The translations under genes were made by a program, and so were the position numbers. A stretch of DNA of 64,000 bases, taken from the NCBI GenBank assembly GCA_043826435.1, contig JBDRQF010000037.1:32001-96000 (forward strand). The letters are read 5' to 3'. The DNA comes from Elusimicrobiota bacterium (GTDB taxonomy: Bacteria; Elusimicrobiota; Endomicrobiia; CG1-02-37-114; JAHJSO01). This document shows positions 1 through 8,770 of the stretch, piece by piece (position 1 is the stretch's first letter; each line of letters begins with the position of its first letter). The notes under the pieces are model-generated. The model was not told the origin of the DNA. It was given only the letters and a program-made list of their open reading frames with translations, and made no database searches.

Positions 1-12
1 CGCAAAGGTCAA

Positions 13-645
13 ATGTCAGGACCTGCGTCCCCGATTTTACGAATGTCAAATGATGCAAGACCTGACCCCATAGTTGTAGACGATGTGGTTCTGATAAAGG
101 AAGCCCTTTCCGGAGACGGGGAGGCGTTTGCCGTCCTGGTGGACAGGCATAAGAATACAATTTTCAACCTCTGTTACCGGATGATGGGCAATTATCAGGA
201 CGCCCAGGACATTTCACAGGAAGCGTTCCTGCAGGTATGGCGTAAACTCAGCTGGTTCAGGGCAGGTCAGAAATTCCGGAACTGGCTGATTACCATAGCG
301 ATAAACCTGTGCAGGAATAAACTCAAAAGGGATAAAATAATCCGGTTCATTTCAATTGATAGAACGGTACGCACGGAGGACGGCGAAATCCCCGTTGAAG
401 TTGCAGACGCTACCCCTACCCCCGAACAATTAGCGCTCGGAAAAGAATGGAAAAAAAGAATCAACCTCATGGTGAGTTCCCTTCCCGTCAAGTATCGGCC
501 GGTATTTCTCTTAAGGTACGTTGAAGGGCTTTCATATAAGGAGATATCGGAAATTACGGGCATGCCTGCCGGCACGGTTGAGACGTATCTTTTCAGGGCT
601 AAAAAAATAGTCCTGAAAAAAATTGAAATATTTTTTCCCGGCTGA
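13..645 (+). CDS. ECF (sigma-70 group 4, SigW/RpoE-like) RNA polymerase sigma factor
   Basis: Region 2 (DAQDISQEAFLQVW...FRNWLITIAINLCRN) and region 4 (LPVKYRPVFLLRYVEGLSYKEISEITGMPAGTVETYLFRA); alternative start ATG at 43. Confidence 0.93.
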   Translation: MSGPASPILRMSNDARPDPIVVDDVVLIKEALSGDGEAFAVLVDRHKNTIFNLCYRMMGNYQDAQDISQEAFLQVWRKLSWFRAGQKFRNWLITIAINLCRNKLKRDKIIRFISIDRTVRTEDGEIPVEVADATPTPEQLALGKEWKKRINLMVSSLPVKYRPVFLLRYVEGLSYKEISEITGMPAGTVETYLFRAKKIVLKKIEIFFPG

Positions 646-652
646 TTGTATA
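624..652 (+). promoter_or_regulatory. Putative ECF-type promoter for the anti-sigma gene and downstream genes
   Basis: TGAAAT(624-629)-N17-TGTATA(647-652), resembling the SigW-type TGAAAC-N16/17-CGTA consensus. Confidence 0.45.
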
Positions 653-687
653 TTAGGCCGGAGGAAGGAGTTAAAGGGTGAACGGAA

Positions 688-1317
688 ATGGATTGCAAAG
701 ACATAATTAAAATCATATCAAGGGATGTTTTGAGCGATGCAGAAAAAATCTTGCTGGAAGAGCACGTTGAAAAATGCCTTTCGTGCAGTAAGAAATACCT
801 GTATTTAAATAATGCGTTGTCCTTGTTGAAAGACGACATTGTGATGCCTCCCGCTGATTTTACTCAAAAGGTTATGTCCCGGGCCGAACCGCAGGACGGG
901 ACGTCGGCTGAACGACCATTCGTGCCGGAGTTTATGACCGCACAATGGTTCCGGAGGCTTGTGCCCGTTGCAGTTGTCCCGGTTATCCTCATTGCCGGCA
1001 TCGGCCTTTTGTGGAGGTTGAAAACCACAAAACCTATGGCGGACGCCCCAAAAGAGATTGTCATTACTTTCAAGGTGGCTGTCCCGTGGGCGCAAACGGT
1101 GTCTCTTGCTGGGGACTTCAACAGCTGGGACATTGAATCAACCAAACTTGAAAGGCAGGACGGTTTCTGGCAGACGACGATATCCATCCCGCAGGGCAGG
1201 TACCAGTATGTGTTCATTATTGACGGTAAAACATGGTTGCCTGACCCGTCCGCAAAGAATTATGTTGACAGTGGATATGGAACCAAAAATTCAGTAGTGG
1301 ATACGACAAGGTTGTAA
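688..1317 (+). CDS. Zinc-binding (ZAS) anti-sigma factor with TM helix and C-terminal CBM48/AMPK-beta-like glycogen-binding domain
   Basis: HVEKCLSC (HxxxCxxC); TM LVPVAVVPVILIAGIGLLW; VSLAGDFNSW...GFW...GRYQYVFIIDGKTWLPDP...NSVV; RBS GGAG upstream. Confidence 0.9.
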   Translation: MDCKDIIKIISRDVLSDAEKILLEEHVEKCLSCSKKYLYLNNALSLLKDDIVMPPADFTQKVMSRAEPQDGTSAERPFVPEFMTAQWFRRLVPVAVVPVILIAGIGLLWRLKTTKPMADAPKEIVITFKVAVPWAQTVSLAGDFNSWDIESTKLERQDGFWQTTISIPQGRYQYVFIIDGKTWLPDPSAKNYVDSGYGTKNSVVDTTRL

Positions 1318-1345
1318 AATCTATAAAAAAAGGAGGTGATTTGAT

Positions 1346-2119
1346 ATGAAGACGAAACTTTCACTTTTAGTAGCAGTTCTGTTTGTTATGGGTTGTTTTG
1401 CCGGGACACTTCTGGCTAAAACATCCAGAGAGGCATCGGAGGAAATAAAGGCCTCTGCAAAAGCAAAAGGGCTGTCTGATGCGGATGCCCGAACATCTGT
1501 TTCTGTCCTGAGTGAATTGGTAGACAAGGGTGTTCCTGTTGACCATGCACTTGCTGTGGTAACCGCGGCAATTGACAGGAATAATTCAGGCCCGGAGATT
1601 GCAGCGATTGCAAAATCGTTAGGCGAAGCAGTTGAAAAAGAGGGCTCTGCAAAGGATATTGCTGCTATTGCCAGGATGGGCGTTGAGAAAGGGCTTAAAG
1701 GCAGAGAAATCGGCAAGGTTATGGCGAATGTCCAGGCATCTATGGGAAAGGATGCTTCGGCACGCCAACTGCGGATTTTAACAAAGGACCTTCTGGATAA
1801 TGGTTCTGATGTTGACGGTCTCTCAGTGGCGATTGAAGCAGTCGGTAATTCCGTAGCAAATGGATATTCTCCCGAGGAATCCCGCAAGTCAGTCGCTCTG
1901 GTGGCGCTCAAAGGGATTAAGAGTGGACTCAGGGGCGAAGCGCTTGCTACCGAGGTCAGGAAAGAGGCGCAGCGTGGCAAGGGAGTACATGGTGAGACGC
2001 GTAGAGAGCGTACTCATGAGAGAAAGACGCCGGAGGATGTTAAAGAGAGAATGAAAACACCCGGTGGAACATCCGAGCCAGGAACAGGAAGTTCATGGCC
2101 AGGAAAACCAGGGAAGTGA
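1346..2119 (+). CDS. Secreted alpha-helical hypothetical protein
   Basis: AAGGAGGTG RBS, signal peptide MKTKLSLLVAVLFVMG..., Ala-rich helical body, charged low-complexity tail. Confidence 0.8.
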   Translation: MKTKLSLLVAVLFVMGCFAGTLLAKTSREASEEIKASAKAKGLSDADARTSVSVLSELVDKGVPVDHALAVVTAAIDRNNSGPEIAAIAKSLGEAVEKEGSAKDIAAIARMGVEKGLKGREIGKVMANVQASMGKDASARQLRILTKDLLDNGSDVDGLSVAIEAVGNSVANGYSPEESRKSVALVALKGIKSGLRGEALATEVRKEAQRGKGVHGETRRERTHERKTPEDVKERMKTPGGTSEPGTGSSWPGKPGK

Positions 2120-2165
2120 TTCAAGTTGCGAGTGATAAAAGCGGACGATAAAAATTAGCGGTGGT

Positions 2166-2204
2166 CAGAATGCCCTTGCCTTCCTAGGAGGCAGGGTCAT
2201 TCTG
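2166..2204. other. Long intergenic hairpin (attenuator, mRNA stabiliser or atypical terminator)
   Basis: CAGAATGCCCTTGCCT ... AGGCAGGGTCATTCTG, near-perfect 16-bp inverted repeat, no clear U-tract. Confidence 0.5.
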
Positions 2205-2231
2205 GATGTTGTGTGATGAAACAATAAAAAA

Positions 2232-3059
2232 ATGAGACCTTACAGGTGGTTGTGGATTTTTGTGTTGGTTGTATTTTCAGTCGGTTATTCTTCGGCAGAA
2301 AACCAGATGAATCAGATTAAGCAACTGCTCGGTAGTAAAACCGATTTTACAGAAAAACAGGTTGAGAATATTTTAGATCTCCTTGAAAAATCAGACATAG
2401 GAGGCCTGCCGGTAGAAATTTTAACAAACCGCATTAAGGAAGGTGTGGCACGCAAATCCGATTTTCCGACACTTCTTGAAGTGCTGACTAAAAAAGTGGA
2501 CTCGTTGAAGCAGGCAAAAGAACTGATTTACGAGTGTCTTAACAAGGGTTTTTCAGTCAAAGATATAAAATATTCCCAGCAATTGCTTGCTGAATTACTT
2601 GAGAGGGATTTATCGTCCGATGACTTCAGGATAATTGCCAATTTAGCGCTATTGCAGAATATGAAATTAGACGAACTGGTTCCTGTCTGTGAAGTCCTTG
2701 TCAGAAACAAGGAAGAAAATTTTCCTGTTGAATATTCAAGGGAGATTGTTTCTCTGGCGATTGTCAAAGGGCTTGACCGCAAGGCAATAGAATATATCAG
2801 TGAAACCATACAGGAAGTAATGAGAGGTAACGCCCTGAAACCCGATGAGATAAAGGATATCATACTCGGGGGGTTAAATAAACACAGAAGCGTTAGGAAG
2901 ATACAGGAAGCCATCAGGGAGACAGCAGGCAGGGGAAAAACAGGACTTGAGAAATCAGCCGTAAGAAGAGGGGCTGAAACGAGAGGAGAAATAAAGGATG
3001 AACTCAAACAAAGAGGGACTGAAGAAAGACAAAAATGGGAGGAGAATAGGGGTAGATAA
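2232..3059 (+). CDS. Secreted alpha-helical hypothetical protein
   Basis: Signal peptide MRPYRWLWIFVLVVFSVGYSSA; GLPVEILTNRIKEG motif; charged tail. Confidence 0.8.
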   Translation: MRPYRWLWIFVLVVFSVGYSSAENQMNQIKQLLGSKTDFTEKQVENILDLLEKSDIGGLPVEILTNRIKEGVARKSDFPTLLEVLTKKVDSLKQAKELIYECLNKGFSVKDIKYSQQLLAELLERDLSSDDFRIIANLALLQNMKLDELVPVCEVLVRNKEENFPVEYSREIVSLAIVKGLDRKAIEYISETIQEVMRGNALKPDEIKDIILGGLNKHRSVRKIQEAIRETAGRGKTGLEKSAVRRGAETRGEIKDELKQRGTEERQKWEENRGR

Positions 3060-4185
3060 AGTATGTTGGGCTATATTTTTTTCAACTATAATAATATTTT
3101 TTTTAAGGGGTATCACTCTTTCTGAGTATCATAATTTCCGGGGTGAATTTAATCTTTCAACTATGGTGGATGGCAATGTATATAAGGATAGCAGGGGATT
3201 CAGCGACATCGGACTCCTGGCAAATCTCGGGCTCGGGATGCGCTCAAAAATTTCCCGACATACATTTACACGCCTGGACTACAGATTGGATGTCTCCAAT
3301 TTCTTTACCTACAATCTGGAGAATGAGGCATCACATCTTCTGGATGGCAGGATTAAACAGCGTCTCGGCGATTTGTTTGATGTGGACCTGAATGCAGGGA
3401 TTAGTATGTCTCAAATGCCAAAAGCCGCCGTATATAATTCTAGTGGATTTTATGCAGAACCGTCATTGAACTGGTATATCTTTGACTACACAAAGATTAC
3501 TGGCGGATATATATACAACAAGACCATGTATCCTTCCTACAACCTGGACAACGAAACAACAGGTGGACAGGTGAAACTTGGCCAGGAACTGTCTCTCTAT
3601 ACATATATAGAAATTTCAGGGGTTATTCAGAACAAAAATTATCCCGAGAGATACCTCTACTCGGGGGTCTCCGGCGGCTCACCCACTTATAAGACAGATG
3701 TTAGAAAAGACGCCGAGAATTTTGTTGAATTGATTTTCTCGCAGAATATAACGGCAAAATCAGGGGTTGATTTAATTTATTATTCTGGCAAACTGGAGTC
3801 AAACGAGAATTATTTTGATTGGGGGCCGGGCCAGTATGAGGGGGAGAATACAATTACAGGCGATGAAAGAATAATTGAAAATTACAGGAGTTGGACAACC
3901 AATAAATATGGAATGAACATGTTCACGGGTCTTGATGAAGACTCAAGATTATTTTTACAGTGTTCCTATGCTATCAGTGATTATGCAGGGCGTCTTGCAA
4001 AAGATGAAAATGACGCCATTCGCCGGCCAGAAGTGAAAAGGCAGGACACACAGATTGTGGTTTCCGCCTCTTATTTTATAGATATGTTTATTTTTAGATA
4101 TACCTATGAAATAAACAACTCAAATGATGCACTTTACAAATATACAAGCAGCATTCTGTCAGCTGGTATAAGACATCTGTTTTAA
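2998..4185 (+). CDS. Predicted outer-membrane beta-barrel protein (start uncertain)
   Basis: Hydrophobic N-terminal segment, Tyr/Gly-rich alternating strands, C-terminal ILSAGIRHLF ending in Phe. Confidence 0.7.
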   Translation: MNSNKEGLKKDKNGRRIGVDKVCWAIFFSTIIIFFLRGITLSEYHNFRGEFNLSTMVDGNVYKDSRGFSDIGLLANLGLGMRSKISRHTFTRLDYRLDVSNFFTYNLENEASHLLDGRIKQRLGDLFDVDLNAGISMSQMPKAAVYNSSGFYAEPSLNWYIFDYTKITGGYIYNKTMYPSYNLDNETTGGQVKLGQELSLYTYIEISGVIQNKNYPERYLYSGVSGGSPTYKTDVRKDAENFVELIFSQNITAKSGVDLIYYSGKLESNENYFDWGPGQYEGENTITGDERIIENYRSWTTNKYGMNMFTGLDEDSRLFLQCSYAISDYAGRLAKDENDAIRRPEVKRQDTQIVVSASYFIDMFIFRYTYEINNSNDALYKYTSSILSAGIRHLF

Positions 4186-4293
4186 GAGTATATGTTTTAA
4201 GACACGGTCTTTTCCGGGGGACATCCCGGCTTTACAATGACAATTTTCCAAAAAACCCTTGATAAAGTAAAAATTATATGTTACATATATTTT

Positions 4294-4338
4294 TACCCCC
4301 TGCTGTTTTGTCTTACGGCAAAACAAAACGCAGGGGTA
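4294..4338 (+). other. 5'-UTR hairpin upstream of the large beta-barrel gene
   Basis: Outer CCCCTGC/GCAGGGG and inner TGTTTTGTC/GGCAAAACA stems just before the AAGGAGG RBS. Confidence 0.45.
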
Positions 4339-4370
4339 TCCACGAAGTCCATAAAGGAGGATTTCCTGTT

Positions 4371-6452
4371 ATGAAAAAATTATCAGCATTGGTGTTGGTG
4401 GTATTGATGTCGTCAGGTTCGTTCGCCTCGTTCAGCAACGTATCCGTAAGGATGCAGGGCATAAACCCGTCTCTCGTCGGTATAATTGCCGACGAATACT
4501 CGGACCCCCTCTCAATAAACCCGTCCGATTTGCTGAATGTAGCGGGATACAGGGTCTTCACGAATATGTCAAACCTGTACGGTGCAGGGAATCTCGGAAA
4601 TGACAGTGCATTCAGCGGAACAACAACCGGTGGTGCAGGACTAAACCAGTTCTTACTCGGTGGATTTGGAAATCCTTTAAGCGGGATTCCTTTCCTTGGC
4701 AGATTTACGACCGATGTTTTCCCTACCCAGATGGGTGTCCTTTACAATGGTATAAGTTGGGAAACCGCAACACCTGCTACAGATGCGACAACGACACCGG
4801 GATGGGAGCTTGACACAAACAATGATGGGTTTGCTGAAACAACCGGTGGCACAAACGTTCCCACTAATCCTAATGGCGAAGGGTCATTCACCCAGATATT
4901 AGACGAGGATGTCAATTCACTTTCAGGAGTAAGGACATATAGAGAAGTGGTTTCATCTGCAAAACACACAGCAGAAGCATCTACAAATGACTTCAATATC
5001 CTTTCCGCGGTTGAATTGGGACCATTAAAAATAGGTGCGGGTATAATCGCCACGGGCATGGAACCGACAAATCGCGCTGTAAGTGGCAGAGAAATTGATA
5101 ACCTCTATGTGAAGGAAACAAGTCGGACTGCAATTGCTTCCTATATCCGTGATGAACTTGAGCAGAAGGGAAAAAATGAAAAAACAAACACTAATAACAC
5201 GATTCAGTTTGGTGCACGCTTTTCCTTATTGGAAAATCTTGATATAGGCGGTGTTGCAAACGTCTCTCTTGAAAGTTACAAAAATGACCCCTCTGTGGAT
5301 GTGGTGTTGAGTCAGGACCAGAGGGCTCTTTCTCTGTTAAACACGGGGGATATTGACAGGATATATATTAAAACAAATGACCCCACCTGGCTTATCACAT
5401 TTGCAGGAAATTTTGGTTGGGGGGCAGGAAATAATGCTCCGGTAAGGTGTGCTCTTTCACTTACAGATGCTCAAATAGACGACGATGGCGATGGAGAGGT
5501 TAACGAAGACGATGTTGACGGGCTTGACAATGACGGAGACGGTCTCGTGGATGAAGACCCAATGGACAGACCCGCCGCCCTTGCGAGACAAGGCACGGGT
5601 ATGTCAATCGCCCCGGATGTTCATTTCAAACTCTCCGATAATGTGAAACTTGTAGGCAGGGTGATATTGAGGAATTCCCCGCTAACGGTGGAACAGTCAT
5701 CCATCAGGAACAGGTATGCAAAGATAGAGGATGCAGATGTTTACGGCGCCGGGACAGGTACAGGTACCGTCATAACGGACAACAATCTGAGCACAACCTA
5801 TTCGGGTAATCAGAACATAAACACAATGGGTGTAACCTTCGGAACAGAGGCGAAACTTGTTGACAATATTATCCTTGGTGCGGGTGTCGTCCTTATGAAT
5901 ACGGTGAGTGATATTGACCTGTCTGTCAGTCAGACAAGGAACGATAAGACACTGACAGACACAAATGGCGACGGTGATTATGACGAAGACCCCGCTGGTC
6001 CCGGGATAGACAGGATAGATACTCAGACCGAAACCGGTGCATGGAAGAGCAGTGCAAAAACAACGGATAATACCGTCCAGATACCGATAGGTCTTGAAAT
6101 GAGGAAATGGAAAAAATTCGCCGTGCGTTTAGGGGTCACGCATCAGATTCGGATGAGAGAATCGGTATCTTCCAGGAAAGACGGCACCTACAGTGTGGTA
6201 ACAATAACCCAGCAGGACGGAGGCGCCGCCATGACGACTACTTACGGCTCAAGTACTCTCTATCAGAACGACCAGACACTTACTTCAAAAACAACTACAA
6301 GAACCACACAGTACTATTATGGTATTGGCTATGACTGGTCTGAAAATGTTTCGTTTGATATTCTTGGTGTTGCCGGTGGTTGGGCTGGTGGTGGTGGATT
6401 TAATCTTTTTGATTTGAGTACATGGAGAATCAGTTGCATACTGAAATTTTAA
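4371..6452 (+). CDS. Large predicted outer-membrane beta-barrel protein with acidic Ca-binding-like loops
   Basis: AAGGAGG RBS then ATG 4371; signal peptide MKKLSALVLVVLMSSGSFA; DDDGDG, DNDGDG, DTNGDG motifs; ends WRISCILKF. Confidence 0.75.
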   Translation: MKKLSALVLVVLMSSGSFASFSNVSVRMQGINPSLVGIIADEYSDPLSINPSDLLNVAGYRVFTNMSNLYGAGNLGNDSAFSGTTTGGAGLNQFLLGGFGNPLSGIPFLGRFTTDVFPTQMGVLYNGISWETATPATDATTTPGWELDTNNDGFAETTGGTNVPTNPNGEGSFTQILDEDVNSLSGVRTYREVVSSAKHTAEASTNDFNILSAVELGPLKIGAGIIATGMEPTNRAVSGREIDNLYVKETSRTAIASYIRDELEQKGKNEKTNTNNTIQFGARFSLLENLDIGGVANVSLESYKNDPSVDVVLSQDQRALSLLNTGDIDRIYIKTNDPTWLITFAGNFGWGAGNNAPVRCALSLTDAQIDDDGDGEVNEDDVDGLDNDGDGLVDEDPMDRPAALARQGTGMSIAPDVHFKLSDNVKLVGRVILRNSPLTVEQSSIRNRYAKIEDADVYGAGTGTGTVITDNNLSTTYSGNQNINTMGVTFGTEAKLVDNIILGAGVVLMNTVSDIDLSVSQTRNDKTLTDTNGDGDYDEDPAGPGIDRIDTQTETGAWKSSAKTTDNTVQIPIGLEMRKWKKFAVRLGVTHQIRMRESVSSRKDGTYSVVTITQQDGGAAMTTTYGSSTLYQNDQTLTSKTTTRTTQYYYGIGYDWSENVSFDILGVAGGWAGGGGFNLFDLSTWRISCILKF

Positions 6453-6483
6453 CTTATATCCTCCTTCCTCTCTTCCTGAAATT

Positions 6484-6512
6484 TTGACAAACCATCCGAT
6501 TTGGTGTATAAT
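6484..6512 (+). promoter_or_regulatory. Consensus sigma70 promoter
   Basis: TTGACA(6484-6489)-17 bp-TATAAT(6507-6512). Confidence 0.85.
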
Positions 6513-6520
6513 CTATCTCT

Positions 6521-8125
6521 ATGAATTTTGACGTTTTGATAAAAAACGGGTTATTGATTGACGGAACAGGCAAAAAAGGTTTTTGCGCCTCACTCGCTAT
6601 CGGGGGCGACAGGATAGTTGCCGTTATTCCCGGAAAAATGGTGCGTCCGGCGAAAAGGGCCGGCGGGACGGCGGGGGTATTTGCGGTAGCAGGGGCGCCA
6701 GACATAGCAGGGGCGTCCGGGCTGAAATCCACCCGCACAGTTGATGCGACGGGTAAGATTATATGCCCCGGTTTTATAGATATTCACTCACACGGCGACC
6801 TTGCCGTTTTCAGTAAGGACAACCCGAAAATCCCACAGGGCGTTACGGCCGAGGTTGTCGGTAATTGCGGGCTTTCCGTTTATCCCGTTTCAGGGGCTGC
6901 CCGGTCAGATTGGGCTAACCGCTGGCAGGCAATATGGGGCAGGAAAAATACATGGGGATGGGAAACAGTCGCCGATTATGTGTCTGCCGTGAAACGCAGG
7001 GCATCAGTGGACGTTTATCCTTTAGCCGGTTACGGCAGTTTGCGTTTTTATGTCGCCGGTATGAAACAGGGGCTGGACATTTTTGAGAAGAAACGAATTT
7101 ATAGAGAAACCGAAAGGGCGTTGGACAGCGGCGCTTGCGGGGTTTCAATCGGATTGGCATACCCGCCGTGCCAGTTCGCCGGCAGTGAAGAATTAACGGC
7201 TGTGTGCAGGTTGCTTGTCAAAAAGAGCAAATACTTATCATGCCATATAAGGGACGAGGGCGACACCGTACTTGAATCCATTGAAAAAGTTATGGGTTTT
7301 GTCCGTAAGACGGGCGTGCGTCTTCAGATTTCCCACCTGAAGGCATACGGTTCTCAAAACTGGCATAAGACAGAAAAAATCGTGCGGCTTATTGAATCAG
7401 CAAACATCAGCGGTTATGAAGTGAATTTTGATTTTTACCCATATATTGCTGGCTCTACACTCCTTTTTGCTCTATTTCCCGACTGGGTTCACCAGATGGG
7501 TTGGTCATCGCTGAAAGACCCGGCCATCAGACAAAAAATCAGACAATTCTACCAAAGAGAGAAATTCACCAATTACGGTTCATGCCTGGGATGGGATAAG
7601 GTTGTAGTCGGTGGAGTGAAAAACAAAGAAAATAAAAAATACGCTGGCAGAAGCATTGCAGAACTTTCTCAACAGACAGGTAAGGACTGGATTGATATCG
7701 TCAGCAAGATTATTGTTTCTGAAAAAGGTGAAGTCGGGATGCTTCTTTTTGGTATGAATGAAAAATCCCTCAAAGAGATAATGAGGAGTCCCTACGGGAT
7801 ATTGGGCTCGGATGGTCTATATGGCAGACACCCGCATCCCAGAACATTCGGCGCCTTTGTCAGGTTTCTGAAAAAGTACTGCATTGACGAGGGCGTTTTG
7901 ACGCTGGAAGAGGGTATTCACAGAATGACGGGTATGCCTGCCAGAAAATTAGGTCTCTCCCGCTGCGGGGTTATTAAAGAGGGCTATAAGGCAAACATTG
8001 TGATTTTTTCTCCTGACAGGTTAAGGGAGAGAGCGAGTTATACGAGCCCCGAAGAAACGCCCCGGGGAATTGAGCGGGTATATGTTTCAGGGAAAATGGT
8101 TTATCCCCGGGATTGTACCGGATAG
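6521..8125 (+). CDS. N-acyl-D-amino-acid deacylase (D-aminoacylase, amidohydrolase family)
   Basis: PGFIDIHSHGD, QGVTAEVVGNCG, HIRDEG, ISHLK, GSDG...HPHPRTFGAF. Confidence 0.9.
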   Translation: MNFDVLIKNGLLIDGTGKKGFCASLAIGGDRIVAVIPGKMVRPAKRAGGTAGVFAVAGAPDIAGASGLKSTRTVDATGKIICPGFIDIHSHGDLAVFSKDNPKIPQGVTAEVVGNCGLSVYPVSGAARSDWANRWQAIWGRKNTWGWETVADYVSAVKRRASVDVYPLAGYGSLRFYVAGMKQGLDIFEKKRIYRETERALDSGACGVSIGLAYPPCQFAGSEELTAVCRLLVKKSKYLSCHIRDEGDTVLESIEKVMGFVRKTGVRLQISHLKAYGSQNWHKTEKIVRLIESANISGYEVNFDFYPYIAGSTLLFALFPDWVHQMGWSSLKDPAIRQKIRQFYQREKFTNYGSCLGWDKVVVGGVKNKENKKYAGRSIAELSQQTGKDWIDIVSKIIVSEKGEVGMLLFGMNEKSLKEIMRSPYGILGSDGLYGRHPHPRTFGAFVRFLKKYCIDEGVLTLEEGIHRMTGMPARKLGLSRCGVIKEGYKANIVIFSPDRLRERASYTSPEETPRGIERVYVSGKMVYPRDCTG

Positions 8126-8212
8126 GACGTGGTTTTTGTATCGAGTGAAGTAGTCGGTTTTATCAAGGCCGGTTTTTAAGTGTTTAGTTCACCCGTTTTT
8201 TCCTAACCCCCC

Positions 8213-8241
8213 TTGACAAAAAATTGGCTTTATGCTATAAT
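8213..8241 (+). promoter_or_regulatory. Consensus sigma70 promoter of the sulfur/Fe-S cluster
   Basis: TTGACA(8213-8218)-17 bp-TATAAT(8236-8241) with extended TGn -10. Confidence 0.85.
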
Positions 8242-8243
8242 AC

Positions 8244-8265
8244 TACCAATATGATGATATTAGTA
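8244..8265. promoter_or_regulatory. Putative Rrf2 operator
   Basis: TACCAATAT-GATG-ATATTAGTA, 8/9 inverted repeat overlapping the expected transcription start. Confidence 0.5.
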
Positions 8266-8303
8266 ATATATAAAACATACTGTAACCCGGGTAGGGGCCT
8301 TTA

Positions 8304-8750
8304 ATGAAAATTTCAACCAGAGGACACTACGGGACAAGGGCGATGCTTGAACTCGCCCTGCATTACGGTTCTAAACCGCTTAACTTAACGGACATAGCAA
8401 AGACCCAAGAAATTCCGCGCGGTTACCTTGAACACATCATGGCGTCATTGCTATCCGCAGGGCTGGCAAGGAGCGTCAGGGGGAAGCACGGTGGGTTTAT
8501 GCTGGCGAAACCGCCGGAATCAATAACCGTAAACAAGGTATTACGGGCAACAGAGGGGCCGATCTGGCTGGTCCCCTGCATGGAGAACCCGAAGTTGTGT
8601 AAGCGTTCCCACATATGTGTCCCCCACGAGATATGGAAAAAATTAAAGAAAGCGATGGATAACGCACTGGATTCGGTGACGCTGTCGGATATGGTTAAAA
8701 TGCAGAAGAACAAATTGAAAAAGCCGCATGCTCAGGTTTATTACATTTGA
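8304..8750 (+). CDS. Rrf2-family transcriptional regulator (IscR/CymR-like)
   Basis: MKISTRGHYG, YLEHIM, SVRGKHGGFMLAKPP; three Cys plus His (CMENPKLCKRSHICVPH); C-terminal VYYI. Confidence 0.93.
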   Translation: MKISTRGHYGTRAMLELALHYGSKPLNLTDIAKTQEIPRGYLEHIMASLLSAGLARSVRGKHGGFMLAKPPESITVNKVLRATEGPIWLVPCMENPKLCKRSHICVPHEIWKKLKKAMDNALDSVTLSDMVKMQKNKLKKPHAQVYYI

Positions 8751-8770
8751 ACAAGAAAGGAGAAATAGAA

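Noticed and set aside
4278..4370. N-terminal extension of the 724-aa ORF
   Set aside because: Strong RBS and signal peptide indicate start at 4371; the extension is a UTR hairpin
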